Shown here one piece after another: positions 39,935 to 48,789 of a DNA stretch of 64,000 nucleotides. Position numbers and translations under genes: made by a program. Position 1 is the first letter of the stretch. Every line of letters starts with the position of its first letter. This stretch comes from Desulfuromonas sp. (GTDB taxonomy: Bacteria; Desulfobacterota; Desulfuromonadia; Desulfuromonadales; UBA2294), in contig PKUH01000110.1 in the NCBI GenBank assembly GCA_002869615.1, forward strand, positions 41,080 to 105,079. The letters are read 5' to 3'. The notes beneath the pieces are model-generated. The model saw only the letters and a program-made list of their open reading frames with translations, did no database searches and was not told where the DNA came from.

Positions 39935-40261
39935 CTAGACCACGATGACCGCCAGCCCGAGACCGCCCCGCAGGCCGCCGAGGACAATATAAAGCGCATC
40001 GAACAGCCCCTCTGAAACCTTTGACCGATCGAGAATCTGTGCCATGAAAATAAAGAGCGGAATCGCCACCAGAACGTAGTTCTGGAAAATCCCCCAGCTG
40101 TTATTGACAAAAAGATCGAGCAGGGCCGGCACATTACCGCCATTATCGATCAGGCCATAGAGTGTCGCCACCCCGGCCAGGGTGATCGCCAGCGGGTAAC
40201 CGAGAGCGATACAGGCCATCAGGGTCACGAACATCAGAATAGTGAGAACTTCAGGACTCAT
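39935..40261 (-). CDS. dctM: TRAP transporter large permease DctM, N-terminal quarter ending in in-frame TAG
   Basis: MSPEVLTILMFVTLMACIALGYPLAITL....LGGLRGGLGLAVIVV* is a typical DctM N-terminus. Confidence 0.75.
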   Translation of the reverse strand: MSPEVLTILMFVTLMACIALGYPLAITLAGVATLYGLIDNGGNVPALLDLFVNNSWGIFQNYVLVAIPLFIFMAQILDRSKVSEGLFDALYIVLGGLRGGLGLAVIVV

Positions 40262-40281
40262 TCTTTTATCTCCAGATCAAG

Positions 40282-40752
40282 TTATTGATCTTGCTGTCGC
40301 AGGGAATGGATATCGCTGATCAGCTTGGCAATTCCCTGCAAAAACATGAGAATGAAGCCGATCGCCATAATCGTTTTGAACGGATAGAGTGGTGGCGCCC
40401 ATGATGTCGATGCCAGCTCCCAGTTTTTCCAGGACGTCGTCGCGTAAACGACCCCCCATGTCGAAAGCAGACCGACCGTCGGAATGAACAGGACGACGTT
40501 GACGACAATCCGCAGAATCGTCCGCGGACGGAACTCCAGGCGTGACTCGAAAATATCGATGGCGACGTGCCCGTTGTGACTGTAGGTATAAGCCAGACCG
40601 AGCATGAAGTGAGAGCCGTATATCAGCGTTGTTGCCTCAAACGCCCAGACCGTCGGCGCATTGAACAGGTAACGCATGATGACTTCGTAAACGACAACCA
40701 GGATTAATGGCAAAACCAGAAATCCGGTAAAGTATCCAGCCTTGTCGTTCAT
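40282..40752 (-). CDS. dctQ: TRAP transporter small permease DctQ
   Basis: 156 aa with 4 TM segments, start MNDKAGYFTGFLVLPL. The listed 262-aa ORF is an Arg/Ser-rich overextension. Confidence 0.78.
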   Translation of the reverse strand: MNDKAGYFTGFLVLPLILVVVYEVIMRYLFNAPTVWAFEATTLIYGSHFMLGLAYTYSHNGHVAIDIFESRLEFRPRTILRIVVNVVLFIPTVGLLSTWGVVYATTSWKNWELASTSWAPPLYPFKTIMAIGFILMFLQGIAKLISDIHSLRQQDQ

Positions 40753-40821
40753 AGCTGTGATGCTCTTCTCTACTCTGAGCATGATGTACCTCGTAAAATT
40801 ATTATTGCTGAGAAGGCTTCT

Positions 40822-40845
40822 GGCGGGAGCCCGGAGGCTCCCGCC
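40822..40845 (-). other. strong intercistronic stem-loop between dctP and dctQ
   Basis: GGCGGGAGCC-CGGA-GGCTCCCGCC, a 10-bp perfect GC-rich stem with no U-tract. Confidence 0.6.
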
Positions 40846-40888
40846 GAAACATGTTGTCACAACTGCGAAAGAATCGCAGTCAAACTTC

Positions 40889-42046
40889 TTATTGCAAGTG
40901 CTTACCCTTGATGTAGTCATCAATCGGCCACGGAGCGACACCGCTACGCTGCTCGCGCCAGGTCGCAAAGTCTTTCTTGAAATCTTCCTGCGAGTCGAGC
41001 ACTTTCTTGACATCCGGGTACTTCGCCTTGAGGCTGTCCAGGTACGTCTTGGTCGTCTTGGCAAAGGCAATCCGGGTATCCTTGTCCATCTTGACGAATT
41101 CGATCTTCTTGGCGAACTTGTTGATCGCTTCGACGTTCAGATTCTCGATCCAGGCATTGGACCAGAGCTGGGTCTCCTTGGCCGCAATCTTGACAATCCA
41201 CTTCAGGTCATCCGGAAGCTTGTTCCAGGCGTCCTTGTTGAAAAGCAGACCGCACTGAACCGACGGCTGATGCACGCCCGGCTCGATGACGTACTTGGTG
41301 ATGTCGTCGAAGCCCATCGGGTAGTTGATGGCCGGAGACGAGAATTCGGCCGCGTCGATAACGCCACGCTCGAGGGCAAGGTAGACTTCACCGCCCGGCA
41401 GTGGCGAAACCGAGGCACCGAGGTTGTTCATGATGTCCATGAACCAGCCCGGCGTGCGCAAGCGCATCCCCTTGAAGTCCTTCATCGAGGTCGCCTTCTT
41501 GTTCGAGAACAGACCCATCTCCTGGCCACCGTTACCACCCGGCAGGGCATAGATATTGTAGCGGCCGTAGAGCTCCTGCATCATTTCGAGGCCACCGCGT
41601 TCGTAAAGCCAGACATTGTACCCTTCGGCATCAAGACCGAATGGAACCGAGGCAAAAGCGACAAACGCTTCGTTCTTGCCTTTCCAGTAACCGGGCCAGT
41701 CATGACCGACCTGGGCCGAACCCTTGCTGACAGCATCGAAGGTCTCCATGGCACCGACCAGCTCGCCGGCCGAGAAAACCTTGATGTCGAGGCGGCCGCC
41801 GGAAGCGAGCTTGACCGAATCGGCGAAATGCTGGGCCATATCGTAGAAGAGCAGTCCCTTGCTCCACGGCATGACCATCTTCCAGCGGATCTTTTCTTCC
41901 GAGGTCTTGATCTTGCGCAGTTCCTTCTTGACCGACTCATGCCGCTTATCGGAACCGAACTTTTCGCGCTTGGCTGCAAAGGCATTCGGAGCCAGAACCA
42001 GGCTCAGTGCGATCAGCAGACAGACTATCATTCTCCATTTTCTCAT
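40889..42046 (-). CDS. dctP: TRAP transporter substrate-binding protein DctP
   Basis: Signal peptide MRKWRMIVCLLIALSLVLAPNAFA. GGAGG RBS before ATG 42046. The architecture is DctP-like. Confidence 0.85.
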   Translation of the reverse strand: MRKWRMIVCLLIALSLVLAPNAFAAKREKFGSDKRHESVKKELRKIKTSEEKIRWKMVMPWSKGLLFYDMAQHFADSVKLASGGRLDIKVFSAGELVGAMETFDAVSKGSAQVGHDWPGYWKGKNEAFVAFASVPFGLDAEGYNVWLYERGGLEMMQELYGRYNIYALPGGNGGQEMGLFSNKKATSMKDFKGMRLRTPGWFMDIMNNLGASVSPLPGGEVYLALERGVIDAAEFSSPAINYPMGFDDITKYVIEPGVHQPSVQCGLLFNKDAWNKLPDDLKWIVKIAAKETQLWSNAWIENLNVEAINKFAKKIEFVKMDKDTRIAFAKTTKTYLDSLKAKYPDVKKVLDSQEDFKKDFATWREQRSGVAPWPIDDYIKGKHLQ

Positions 42047-42117
42047 CACATCCTCCATCTTTCCGGTTGATTTTCCGATCGGTTATAGATCCCCGACCTT
42101 TCCGCGCTGACTTTATT

Positions 42118-42139
42118 ACCAATTATTGGTCAGACCAAT
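42118..42139. promoter_or_regulatory. GntR/FadR-type operator (ACCAAT-T-ATTGGT-CAG-ACCAAT)
   Basis: Perfect palindrome ATTGGTCAGACCAAT (42125-42139) plus an extra half-site. It lies just downstream of the candidate -10 of the TRAP operon. Confidence 0.65.
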
Positions 42140-42148
42140 TTGCCGTAA

Positions 42149-42177
42149 ACCTTAACGATAAATTAAAACGGGGTCAA
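42149..42177 (-). promoter_or_regulatory. candidate sigma-70 promoter of dctPQM-glcDF operon
   Basis: On the minus strand: TTGACC (42177-42172), 17-nt spacer, TAAGGT (42154-42149). Confidence 0.45.
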
Positions 42178-42321
42178 GAAAAAAATAAAACAATGTTTTT
42201 AATCTCTCGCAGACGACTGACTTAAAGTTTGATTACCCGTACTCAGCCGGTGTACCTCTCTACCGACCAAAGGTATCAGCGGCGGCTCAATACTTTTTTA
42301 GCGAAACGATACAACCACTTA

Positions 42322-43086
42322 TCAGCAAGCGGTCCAGCCGCAATCGATGGTAAGCGCCACTCCGGTCATACAACTGGCCGAATCGGAGCAGATAAAAATG
42401 ACGGCGTCTCCGATTTCCTCCGGCTCGATCATCCTTTTGACCGCCGCTTTTTTGAGCATGACCTTTTCAATAACATCCTCACGGGGAATGCCGTGGGTTC
42501 TGGCCTGATCGTCGATCTGGTTGTCAACCAGTGGCGTCCGGACATAGGCCGGGCAGATCGAATTGACGGTAATCCCGTATGGTCCGCCCTCGAGAGCCGT
42601 CGTCTTGGTCAGGCCGGTGAGGCCATGCTTGGCCGAGATATAAGCCGACTTGAACTCGGAAGCGCGTTGACCATGGACCGAATTGATATTGATGATTCGG
42701 CCCCAGCCGCTCTTTTTCATGTATGGCCAGCAGTACTTGGTCAGCAGAAACGGAGCTGTCAGCATCAGCGAAATCATGAACTCCCATTTGTCCTCGGGAA
42801 AGTCCTCGACCGGACAAACATGCTGGATTCCGGCATTGTTGACCAGCACATCGACCGAGCCGCAGGTCGCCACCGCCTCCTCGACCAGCGCCTTACAGTC
42901 AGCGGCTTTTGAAAGGTCGGCCTTGACGAAGTGGCCGCCGACCCGGTCAGCCTGCTTACTGCCTTCAGCCTCGTTGATATCGGCCATCACCACATTGTAG
43001 TCGGCTTTGGCCAGAGACTCTGCTACCGCCAGGCCGATGCCGCTGGCAGCCCCGGTAACCAGGGCGACACGTTTACTCATTTCCAT
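42322..43086 (-). CDS. short-chain dehydrogenase, 3-hydroxybutyrate dehydrogenase-like
   Basis: TGAASGIG and YISAKHG (YxxxK). Context is with CoA-transferase and thiolase genes. Confidence 0.75.
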   Translation of the reverse strand: MEMSKRVALVTGAASGIGLAVAESLAKADYNVVMADINEAEGSKQADRVGGHFVKADLSKAADCKALVEEAVATCGSVDVLVNNAGIQHVCPVEDFPEDKWEFMISLMLTAPFLLTKYCWPYMKKSGWGRIININSVHGQRASEFKSAYISAKHGLTGLTKTTALEGGPYGITVNSICPAYVRTPLVDNQIDDQARTHGIPREDVIEKVMLKKAAVKRMIEPEEIGDAVIFICSDSASCMTGVALTIDCGWTAC

Positions 43087-43101
43087 TCTCCTTGCACCGA
43101 T

Positions 43102-44469
43102 TCAGGCGCCCTTGAGTTCAGGCGCAATGGCAAAATCACATCCGGTCGCCGTTTTGACCTCGTCCAGTGAGGAAAAAGGCGATACTTCGAGCAGGGTCAA
43201 CCCCTGTTCAGCGTCGACGGCAAAAACTCCCTTGTCGGTCACCAACAGGTCGACAACATTCTTTCCGGTAATCGGCAGATCGCACTCATCGAGCAGCTTG
43301 GCACTGCCGTCCTTGGCGTTGTGGTCCATCATCACCACCACCTTCTTGACCCCGGAAACCAGATCCATGGCGCCGCCCGGGCCCTTGACCATCTTGCCGG
43401 GGATCATCCAGTTGGCGAGATCGCCGAACCGGTTGACCTGCATCCCGCCGAGGACCGACAGGTCGACATGGCCGCCACGAATCATCGCGAACGACTCGGA
43501 AGAGTCGAAGAAGCTGGCGCCGGGAATGGTGGTGATGGTCTGCTTGCCGGCATTAATCAGGTCGGCATCGACGGCCGCTTCGGTCGGGAACGGGCCGATG
43601 CCGAGCAGACCGTTTTCCGACTGCAGGGTGATATTGATTCCTTCCGGAATATAGTTCGCCACCAGGGTCGGCATGCCGATCCCGAGGTTGACATAGTCGC
43701 CATCAGAGAGCTCCTGCGCCACCCGTTTCGCCATCCATTCACGGGTCTCGCTAAACCCCTTGGCCGAAATTCCGGCACCGGAGAGGGTCTTCTGCTCAAT
43801 CGGCTTCTCATAGTTACTGCCGAGCACCAGGCGGTCGATATAGATGCCCGGAACATGCACATGATGCGGGTCAAGCTCACCGACCTCGACGATCTCCTCA
43901 ACTTCGGCCACCGTGAACCGGCCGGCCTTGGCGCAGGCAACATTAAAGTTGTTGGCAGTCTTGCGCAGGATCAGGTTGCCGGCCTTGTCGGCCTTCCATG
44001 CCTTGACCAGGGCGAGGTCAGTAGTAATACTCTCCTCAAGGACATAAGAGTTGCCGTCATATTCCCGAACATCCTTGCCTTCGGTCAACAAGGTGCCATA
44101 ACCGGTCCGGGTATAAAAAGCCGGGATGCCGGCGCCGCCGGCGCGCAGCTTCTCGGCCAGGGTTCCCTGGGGCGTCAGCTCAACCTCGAGCTCGCCGGCC
44201 AGGAACTGTTTTTCGAATGTCGCATTCTCGCCGACGTAGGACGAAATCATTTTCTTGATCTGCCGGGTCTGCAACAGCAGGCCGAGCCCGAACTCGTCGA
44301 CCCCGGCGTTGTTGCTGACCACGGTCAGGTTGGCGGTACCGGAATCGCGCAGGGCCGCGATCAGCTTCTCCGGAATCCCGCAGAGGCCGAACCCGCCGGC
44401 AGCAATCGTCATATCGTCTTGCAGTAATCCCTGCAGGGCCTCGGTAGCATCAGTATAAATCGGTTTCAT
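43102..44469 (-). CDS. 3-oxoacid CoA-transferase, fused A+B subunits
   Basis: The subunit A start is [15 protein letters not shown]. The subunit B portion carries the ...SENG... catalytic Glu context (LQSENGLLG). Confidence 0.85.
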   Translation of the reverse strand: MKPIYTDATEALQGLLQDDMTIAAGGFGLCGIPEKLIAALRDSGTANLTVVSNNAGVDEFGLGLLLQTRQIKKMISSYVGENATFEKQFLAGELEVELTPQGTLAEKLRAGGAGIPAFYTRTGYGTLLTEGKDVREYDGNSYVLEESITTDLALVKAWKADKAGNLILRKTANNFNVACAKAGRFTVAEVEEIVEVGELDPHHVHVPGIYIDRLVLGSNYEKPIEQKTLSGAGISAKGFSETREWMAKRVAQELSDGDYVNLGIGMPTLVANYIPEGINITLQSENGLLGIGPFPTEAAVDADLINAGKQTITTIPGASFFDSSESFAMIRGGHVDLSVLGGMQVNRFGDLANWMIPGKMVKGPGGAMDLVSGVKKVVVMMDHNAKDGSAKLLDECDLPITGKNVVDLLVTDKGVFAVDAEQGLTLLEVSPFSSLDEVKTATGCDFAIAPELKGA

Positions 44470-44487
44470 CTTTTCTCCTCTATTCCT

Positions 44488-45663
44488 CTAAACACGTTCA
44501 AACAGGGCCGCGACCGCTTCACCACCGCCGATACACAGCGTGGCGATACCGTAGCGCACCTGCCGCTTTTGCATTTCCCGGACAAGCGTCACCGCCAGTC
44601 GGCCGCCACTGGCACCGATCGGATGACCGATAGCGACAGCACCGCCATTGACATTAACTTTTTCCGGATCAAGCCCCAGCTCCTTGATTACGACCAGGGG
44701 TACGGCGGCAAAGGCTTCATTAATTTCAAAGAGGTCGATATCGTCAAGCTTCAGCCCGGCCTTGTCGATGACCTTGCGGATTGCACCGACCGGTGCCTCG
44801 GCGAAATCGTCCGGAGCGATACTGTTGCTCGCCGTTGCGACCATCCGGGCCAGTGGCCGCAATCCGTTCTGCTCGACAGCCGCAGTACTGGCCAGGAGAA
44901 CCAGGGCCGCACCATCATTGATCGTCGACGCGTTGCCGGCGGTAATTGTCCCCTCTTTGGCAAAGACCGGCCGCAGCGATGACAGCTTATCGATCGCCCC
45001 CCGCTCCGGCTCCTCGTCGATGTCGACCACGACATCGCCCTTGCGTCCCTGGATCGTCACCGGTACCAACTCGTCGGCAAAAATTCCATCGGCGAGCGCC
45101 GCCTGAGACAACCGGTAGGACCTGGCGGCGTATTCATCCTGGGCTTCGCGGCTGATGCTGTGGCGCTCGACCCAGCGCTCGGTGATATTCCCCATGTGTT
45201 CGCCGGAGTAGGGGTCGAGCAAACCATCAGTCAGCATCATGTCGAGCATCTGGCCGGCCCCCATGCGCTGCCCGAAGCGGGCCGTTGGCAGCAGGAAAGG
45301 CGCCAACGACATGTTCTCCATACCACCGGCGATGGTAATCTCGGCATCACCGAGACGTAAAGCATCTGACGCCAGCATGATCGATTTAAGACCGCTGCCA
45401 CAAACCTTGTTGACCGTCATCGCATGCGCAGAATCAGGAATTCCGGCGAAGCGCATCGCCTGGCGAGCCGGCGCCTGGGCACTGCCGCCCTGTAAAACCT
45501 GGCCGATGATGACCTCGTTAACTTTTTCTGCCGCGAGGGATGCTTGCATGAGCAGAGCCGTCATAACCTGAGCGGCAAGTTGTGGCGCCGGAACGCCGGA
45601 GAGAGCCCCGCCAAAGGAGCCGAAAGGAGTTCGCCGAGCGGCGACAACGAAAACTTCCTGCAT
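44488..45663 (-). CDS. acetyl-CoA C-acetyltransferase (thiolase II)
   Basis: MQEVFVVAARRTPFGSFGG, VNKVCGSGLK, and the C-terminal CIGGGEAVA. RBS GGAGG before ATG 45663. Confidence 0.9.
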   Translation of the reverse strand: MQEVFVVAARRTPFGSFGGALSGVPAPQLAAQVMTALLMQASLAAEKVNEVIIGQVLQGGSAQAPARQAMRFAGIPDSAHAMTVNKVCGSGLKSIMLASDALRLGDAEITIAGGMENMSLAPFLLPTARFGQRMGAGQMLDMMLTDGLLDPYSGEHMGNITERWVERHSISREAQDEYAARSYRLSQAALADGIFADELVPVTIQGRKGDVVVDIDEEPERGAIDKLSSLRPVFAKEGTITAGNASTINDGAALVLLASTAAVEQNGLRPLARMVATASNSIAPDDFAEAPVGAIRKVIDKAGLKLDDIDLFEINEAFAAVPLVVIKELGLDPEKVNVNGGAVAIGHPIGASGGRLAVTLVREMQKRQVRYGIATLCIGGGEAVAALFERV

Positions 45664-45933
45664 ACTTGAACCTCCTGAAAATACGGGCCTAAGCCCTGAA
45701 CGGTAGAGCAAGTGTGATCCTTACACAAAAAAACGTGATAGAATGACAACTTGACTGCTTGTGGAAAAACGATGGCGCCGAAGGAGCGAGCTTCAATTGA
45801 ATCACCATTTCGTTTAATGTCAATTGATCCCCCGAATACACTACCCACTGCCGCCATCTGATTTAACCTGGCGCCACCAGCTGTCGAATGAATTGATTCA
45901 TCGCAAAACTAGAATCACGTTTGATTTTTATTC

Positions 45934-45963
45934 TTGACACATTTCAAAACAAAAGACTACCAT
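45934..45963 (+). promoter_or_regulatory. candidate sigma-70 promoter of lutC-lutBA
   Basis: TTGACA (45934-45939) with TACCAT about 18 nt downstream. Confidence 0.4.
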
Positions 45964-45965
45964 AA

Positions 45966-45980
45966 ATTGGTCTTACCAAT
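45966..45980. promoter_or_regulatory. GntR/FadR-type operator ATTGGT-CTT-ACCAAT
   Basis: Perfect inverted half-sites identical to those at 42125-42139. Lies immediately after the candidate -10 and 26 nt before the lutC ATG. Confidence 0.65.
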
Positions 45981-46005
45981 AATTTATCTGCCTAGCGGAG
46001 AGCTC

Positions 46006-46548
46006 ATGGACACTTTCTCAAATGCAGCACAGAACGTCGGTGCCGAGATCTTCACCGCCGCCAACCTCGACGCCGCCTGTCACTACATCAGCGAACGGAC
46101 CTCCGGGACCATGCTGCTTCCCAGGCAGGCGAGCCTGGAGCGCGCCGGTATTACCGCGGCGTTGCAACAGAATACCGGCTCCCTGGTCGTCTTCGACCGC
46201 CAGCAGGCCGAACAGGCCGAAAGCGGTGTCACCGGCGCCAACTTCGCCATCGCCGAAACCGGAAGTATCGCCCTTGAGAGCACCGATGAACAGGTCCGGC
46301 TGGCGACCACCCTGCCGAGCAAACATTTTGTCCTGCTCGACCCCGGAAAAATCGTTAGCGATGGCATGGCCGCCATTCCGCACGTCCGGAAGCTACATGA
46401 AAACGCTCCCCGCAACTTTCTGGCCTACATTACCGGACCGAGCCGGACCGCCGATATCGAGCGGGTCCTGACCATCGGTGTCCACGGCCCGAAAGAACTG
46501 CACATTATTCTGCTGAAAAGTCTCTCTGACGATTTTCTCGAGAGCTGA
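46006..46548 (+). CDS. lutC: LUD-domain protein, lactate utilization protein C-like
   Basis: LUD/DUF162 layout (GVTGANFAIAETGSI). GGAGAG RBS before ATG 46006. Confidence 0.75.
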   Translation: MDTFSNAAQNVGAEIFTAANLDAACHYISERTSGTMLLPRQASLERAGITAALQQNTGSLVVFDRQQAEQAESGVTGANFAIAETGSIALESTDEQVRLATTLPSKHFVLLDPGKIVSDGMAAIPHVRKLHENAPRNFLAYITGPSRTADIERVLTIGVHGPKELHIILLKSLSDDFLES

Positions 46549-46560
46549 TCGAGGACGATT

Positions 46561-48720
46561 ATGTCAAAGCAACGTTCACAACAATATCGCACCCGTGTCC
46601 AGGATGCCCTGAACTCACCGCGCCTGCAGGACGCCCTGCATCGTTTCGCCGACGCCTATGTTATCGCTCGCGAAAAAGCTTTCGCCGGCAAGGATTTCGA
46701 GGCGATGCGCCAGGCCGTCGGCGAAATGAAGGATGAGGTCCGCGACAACCACCGGAAATATATTGACCAGTTTGTCGCCAATGCCGAGAAGGCCGGTGCG
46801 ACTGTCTATTTTGCCAAGACGGCCGAAGATGCGAATAACTACATTGCCAATCTCGCAAAAGGACAGGGCTGCAAACTGGCGGTCAAGAGCAAGAGCATGG
46901 CGAGCGAGGAGACCCACCTCAACGTCGCCCTGGAAAAAGCAGACGTCGAAACCGTCGAGACCGATCTCGGTGAGTGGATTATCCAGCTCGCCGGCCAGCG
47001 CCCGAGCCACATGGTCATGCCGGCGATCCACATGTTCCGTGACGAGGTTGCCGAACTGTTCAGCAAACAGACCGGACAGCAGGAGCCGGATGACATCGCC
47101 CACCTGGTTGAAGTCGCCCGCCAGCAACTGCGCCAGGCTTACCTTGATGCCGATATCGGCATCAGCGGCGCCAATATTGCCGTTGCCGAAACCGGCGGCA
47201 TCGCCCTGGTCACCAACGAGGGCAACGCCCGACTGGCGACGACCCTGCCAAAGACCCATGTCGCCCTGGTCGGCATTGAGAAGCTGGTGCCGACCCTCGA
47301 AGACGCCCAGAAGGTGCTCGACGTCTTGCCGCGCAACGCCACCGGCCAGTTACTGACCTCTTATGTCACCTGGATTCGCGGCGCCGTACCGTGCGGCGAC
47401 AGCGAGAAGGACCTGCACATCGTCCTGCTCGACAACGGCCGCAGCGCCCTGGCCGAATCGCCGCACTGCAAGGATGCCCTGCGCTGCGTCAAGTGCGGTG
47501 CCTGCGCCAATGTCTGCCCGATCTACCAGACGGTCGGCGGCCACGTCTTCGGCCACATCTATATCAGCGCCATCGGCATCATCCTCACCGCCTTTTTCCA
47601 CGGCCTTGACAAAGCAGCCGAGCTGGTCCGCGCTTGTATCGGCTGCCGCGCCTGTGTCGCCGTCTGCCCGAGCAACATCGATCTCGAAAGCATCATTTTG
47701 CACCTGCGCGAAGTGATCGGCGAGGAGGAAGGAATCGGCGTCGGCAAGGCCCTGGTCTTCAAGAGGGTAATGCGCAACCGCAAACTGTTCCACACCCTGC
47801 TCCGGGCCGGCAGCAAACTGCAGAAGCCGGTCACCAGGGGAGAGCGGTCGATCCGGCATCTGCCGCTGTTCTTCTCGTCACTGACCGAGTGGCGCTCCCT
47901 GCCGGCGATTGCCGACACGCCACTGCGCGATCAATGGAAAAAGATCGAGCAGAAGGTTGAAAAGCCGCGATACAAGGTCGCATTTTTCGCCGGTTGCCTC
48001 AATGATTTCGTCTACCCGGAACTCGGCCACGACCTGGTCAAGGTTCTCAACAAGCTTGGTTGCGAAGTCACCCTGCCGCTCGACCAGAGCTGTTGCGGCG
48101 TTCCGGCACTCTATTCCGGCGATAAGGAGACGGCGACGGTCCTGGCTGAACAGAATATAGACGCCATGCTTGCTGGTGACCCCGATTTCGTCGTCACCAC
48201 CTGCCCGACCTGCACCATGTCGCTACAGCGCGACTTCCTCGATCTGCTCAAGGACAACCCGGTGTGGGCTGAAAAAGCGACCCGGCTGTCGGAGAAGACT
48301 ATCGATATTGCCAAACTACTCGATGAGAAGCTTGAAACGGATGAACTGCTCAAGGGCAAGGCGAACCATGACCGGGCGCTCAAGGTGACCTACCATGACT
48401 CCTGCCACCTCAAGCGTGGCGCCGGCGTCTGGCAGGAACCACGCAACCTGCTCGCCAGTTCCGGCCGCGAGGTTGTTGAAATGGCCCACTCCGACCGCTG
48501 TTGCGGATTTGGCGGTTCCTACTCGTTCACCAGCCACCCCGATATCGCCAAGCGCATTCTGACCGACAAGCTCGATGATATCAAGGCGACCGGTGCCGAC
48601 TGTGTCGCCATGGACTGCCCCGGCTGCATGCTGCAGATCAGGGGAGGACTTGATAAACAATCGACCACGGTCAGAACGGCCCACACCATCGAACTGCTCG
48701 CTGAAGCAATCAAAGACTGA
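46561..48720 (+). CDS. fused LutB-like (LUD + 2x[4Fe-4S]) and LutA-like (CCG-domain) lactate-oxidising iron-sulfur protein
   Basis: ISGANIAVAETGGIALVTNEGN, CVKCGACANVCP and CIGCRACVAVCP. Then KVAFFAGCLNDF...CCGVPA and ...CCGFGG (CCG motifs). Confidence 0.82.
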   Translation: MSKQRSQQYRTRVQDALNSPRLQDALHRFADAYVIAREKAFAGKDFEAMRQAVGEMKDEVRDNHRKYIDQFVANAEKAGATVYFAKTAEDANNYIANLAKGQGCKLAVKSKSMASEETHLNVALEKADVETVETDLGEWIIQLAGQRPSHMVMPAIHMFRDEVAELFSKQTGQQEPDDIAHLVEVARQQLRQAYLDADIGISGANIAVAETGGIALVTNEGNARLATTLPKTHVALVGIEKLVPTLEDAQKVLDVLPRNATGQLLTSYVTWIRGAVPCGDSEKDLHIVLLDNGRSALAESPHCKDALRCVKCGACANVCPIYQTVGGHVFGHIYISAIGIILTAFFHGLDKAAELVRACIGCRACVAVCPSNIDLESIILHLREVIGEEEGIGVGKALVFKRVMRNRKLFHTLLRAGSKLQKPVTRGERSIRHLPLFFSSLTEWRSLPAIADTPLRDQWKKIEQKVEKPRYKVAFFAGCLNDFVYPELGHDLVKVLNKLGCEVTLPLDQSCCGVPALYSGDKETATVLAEQNIDAMLAGDPDFVVTTCPTCTMSLQRDFLDLLKDNPVWAEKATRLSEKTIDIAKLLDEKLETDELLKGKANHDRALKVTYHDSCHLKRGAGVWQEPRNLLASSGREVVEMAHSDRCCGFGGSYSFTSHPDIAKRILTDKLDDIKATGADCVAMDCPGCMLQIRGGLDKQSTTVRTAHTIELLAEAIKD

Positions 48721-48757
48721 TCTCGGCTGGACAGTTTTCGCCAAACATGGCACGATG

Positions 48758-48789
48758 CTCCGGAGACATTCACGTCTCCGGAGTTTTTT
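48758..48789 (+). terminator. rho-independent terminator after lutBA
   Basis: CTCCGGAGAC-ATTCAC-GTCTCCGGAG followed by TTTTTT. Confidence 0.8.
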
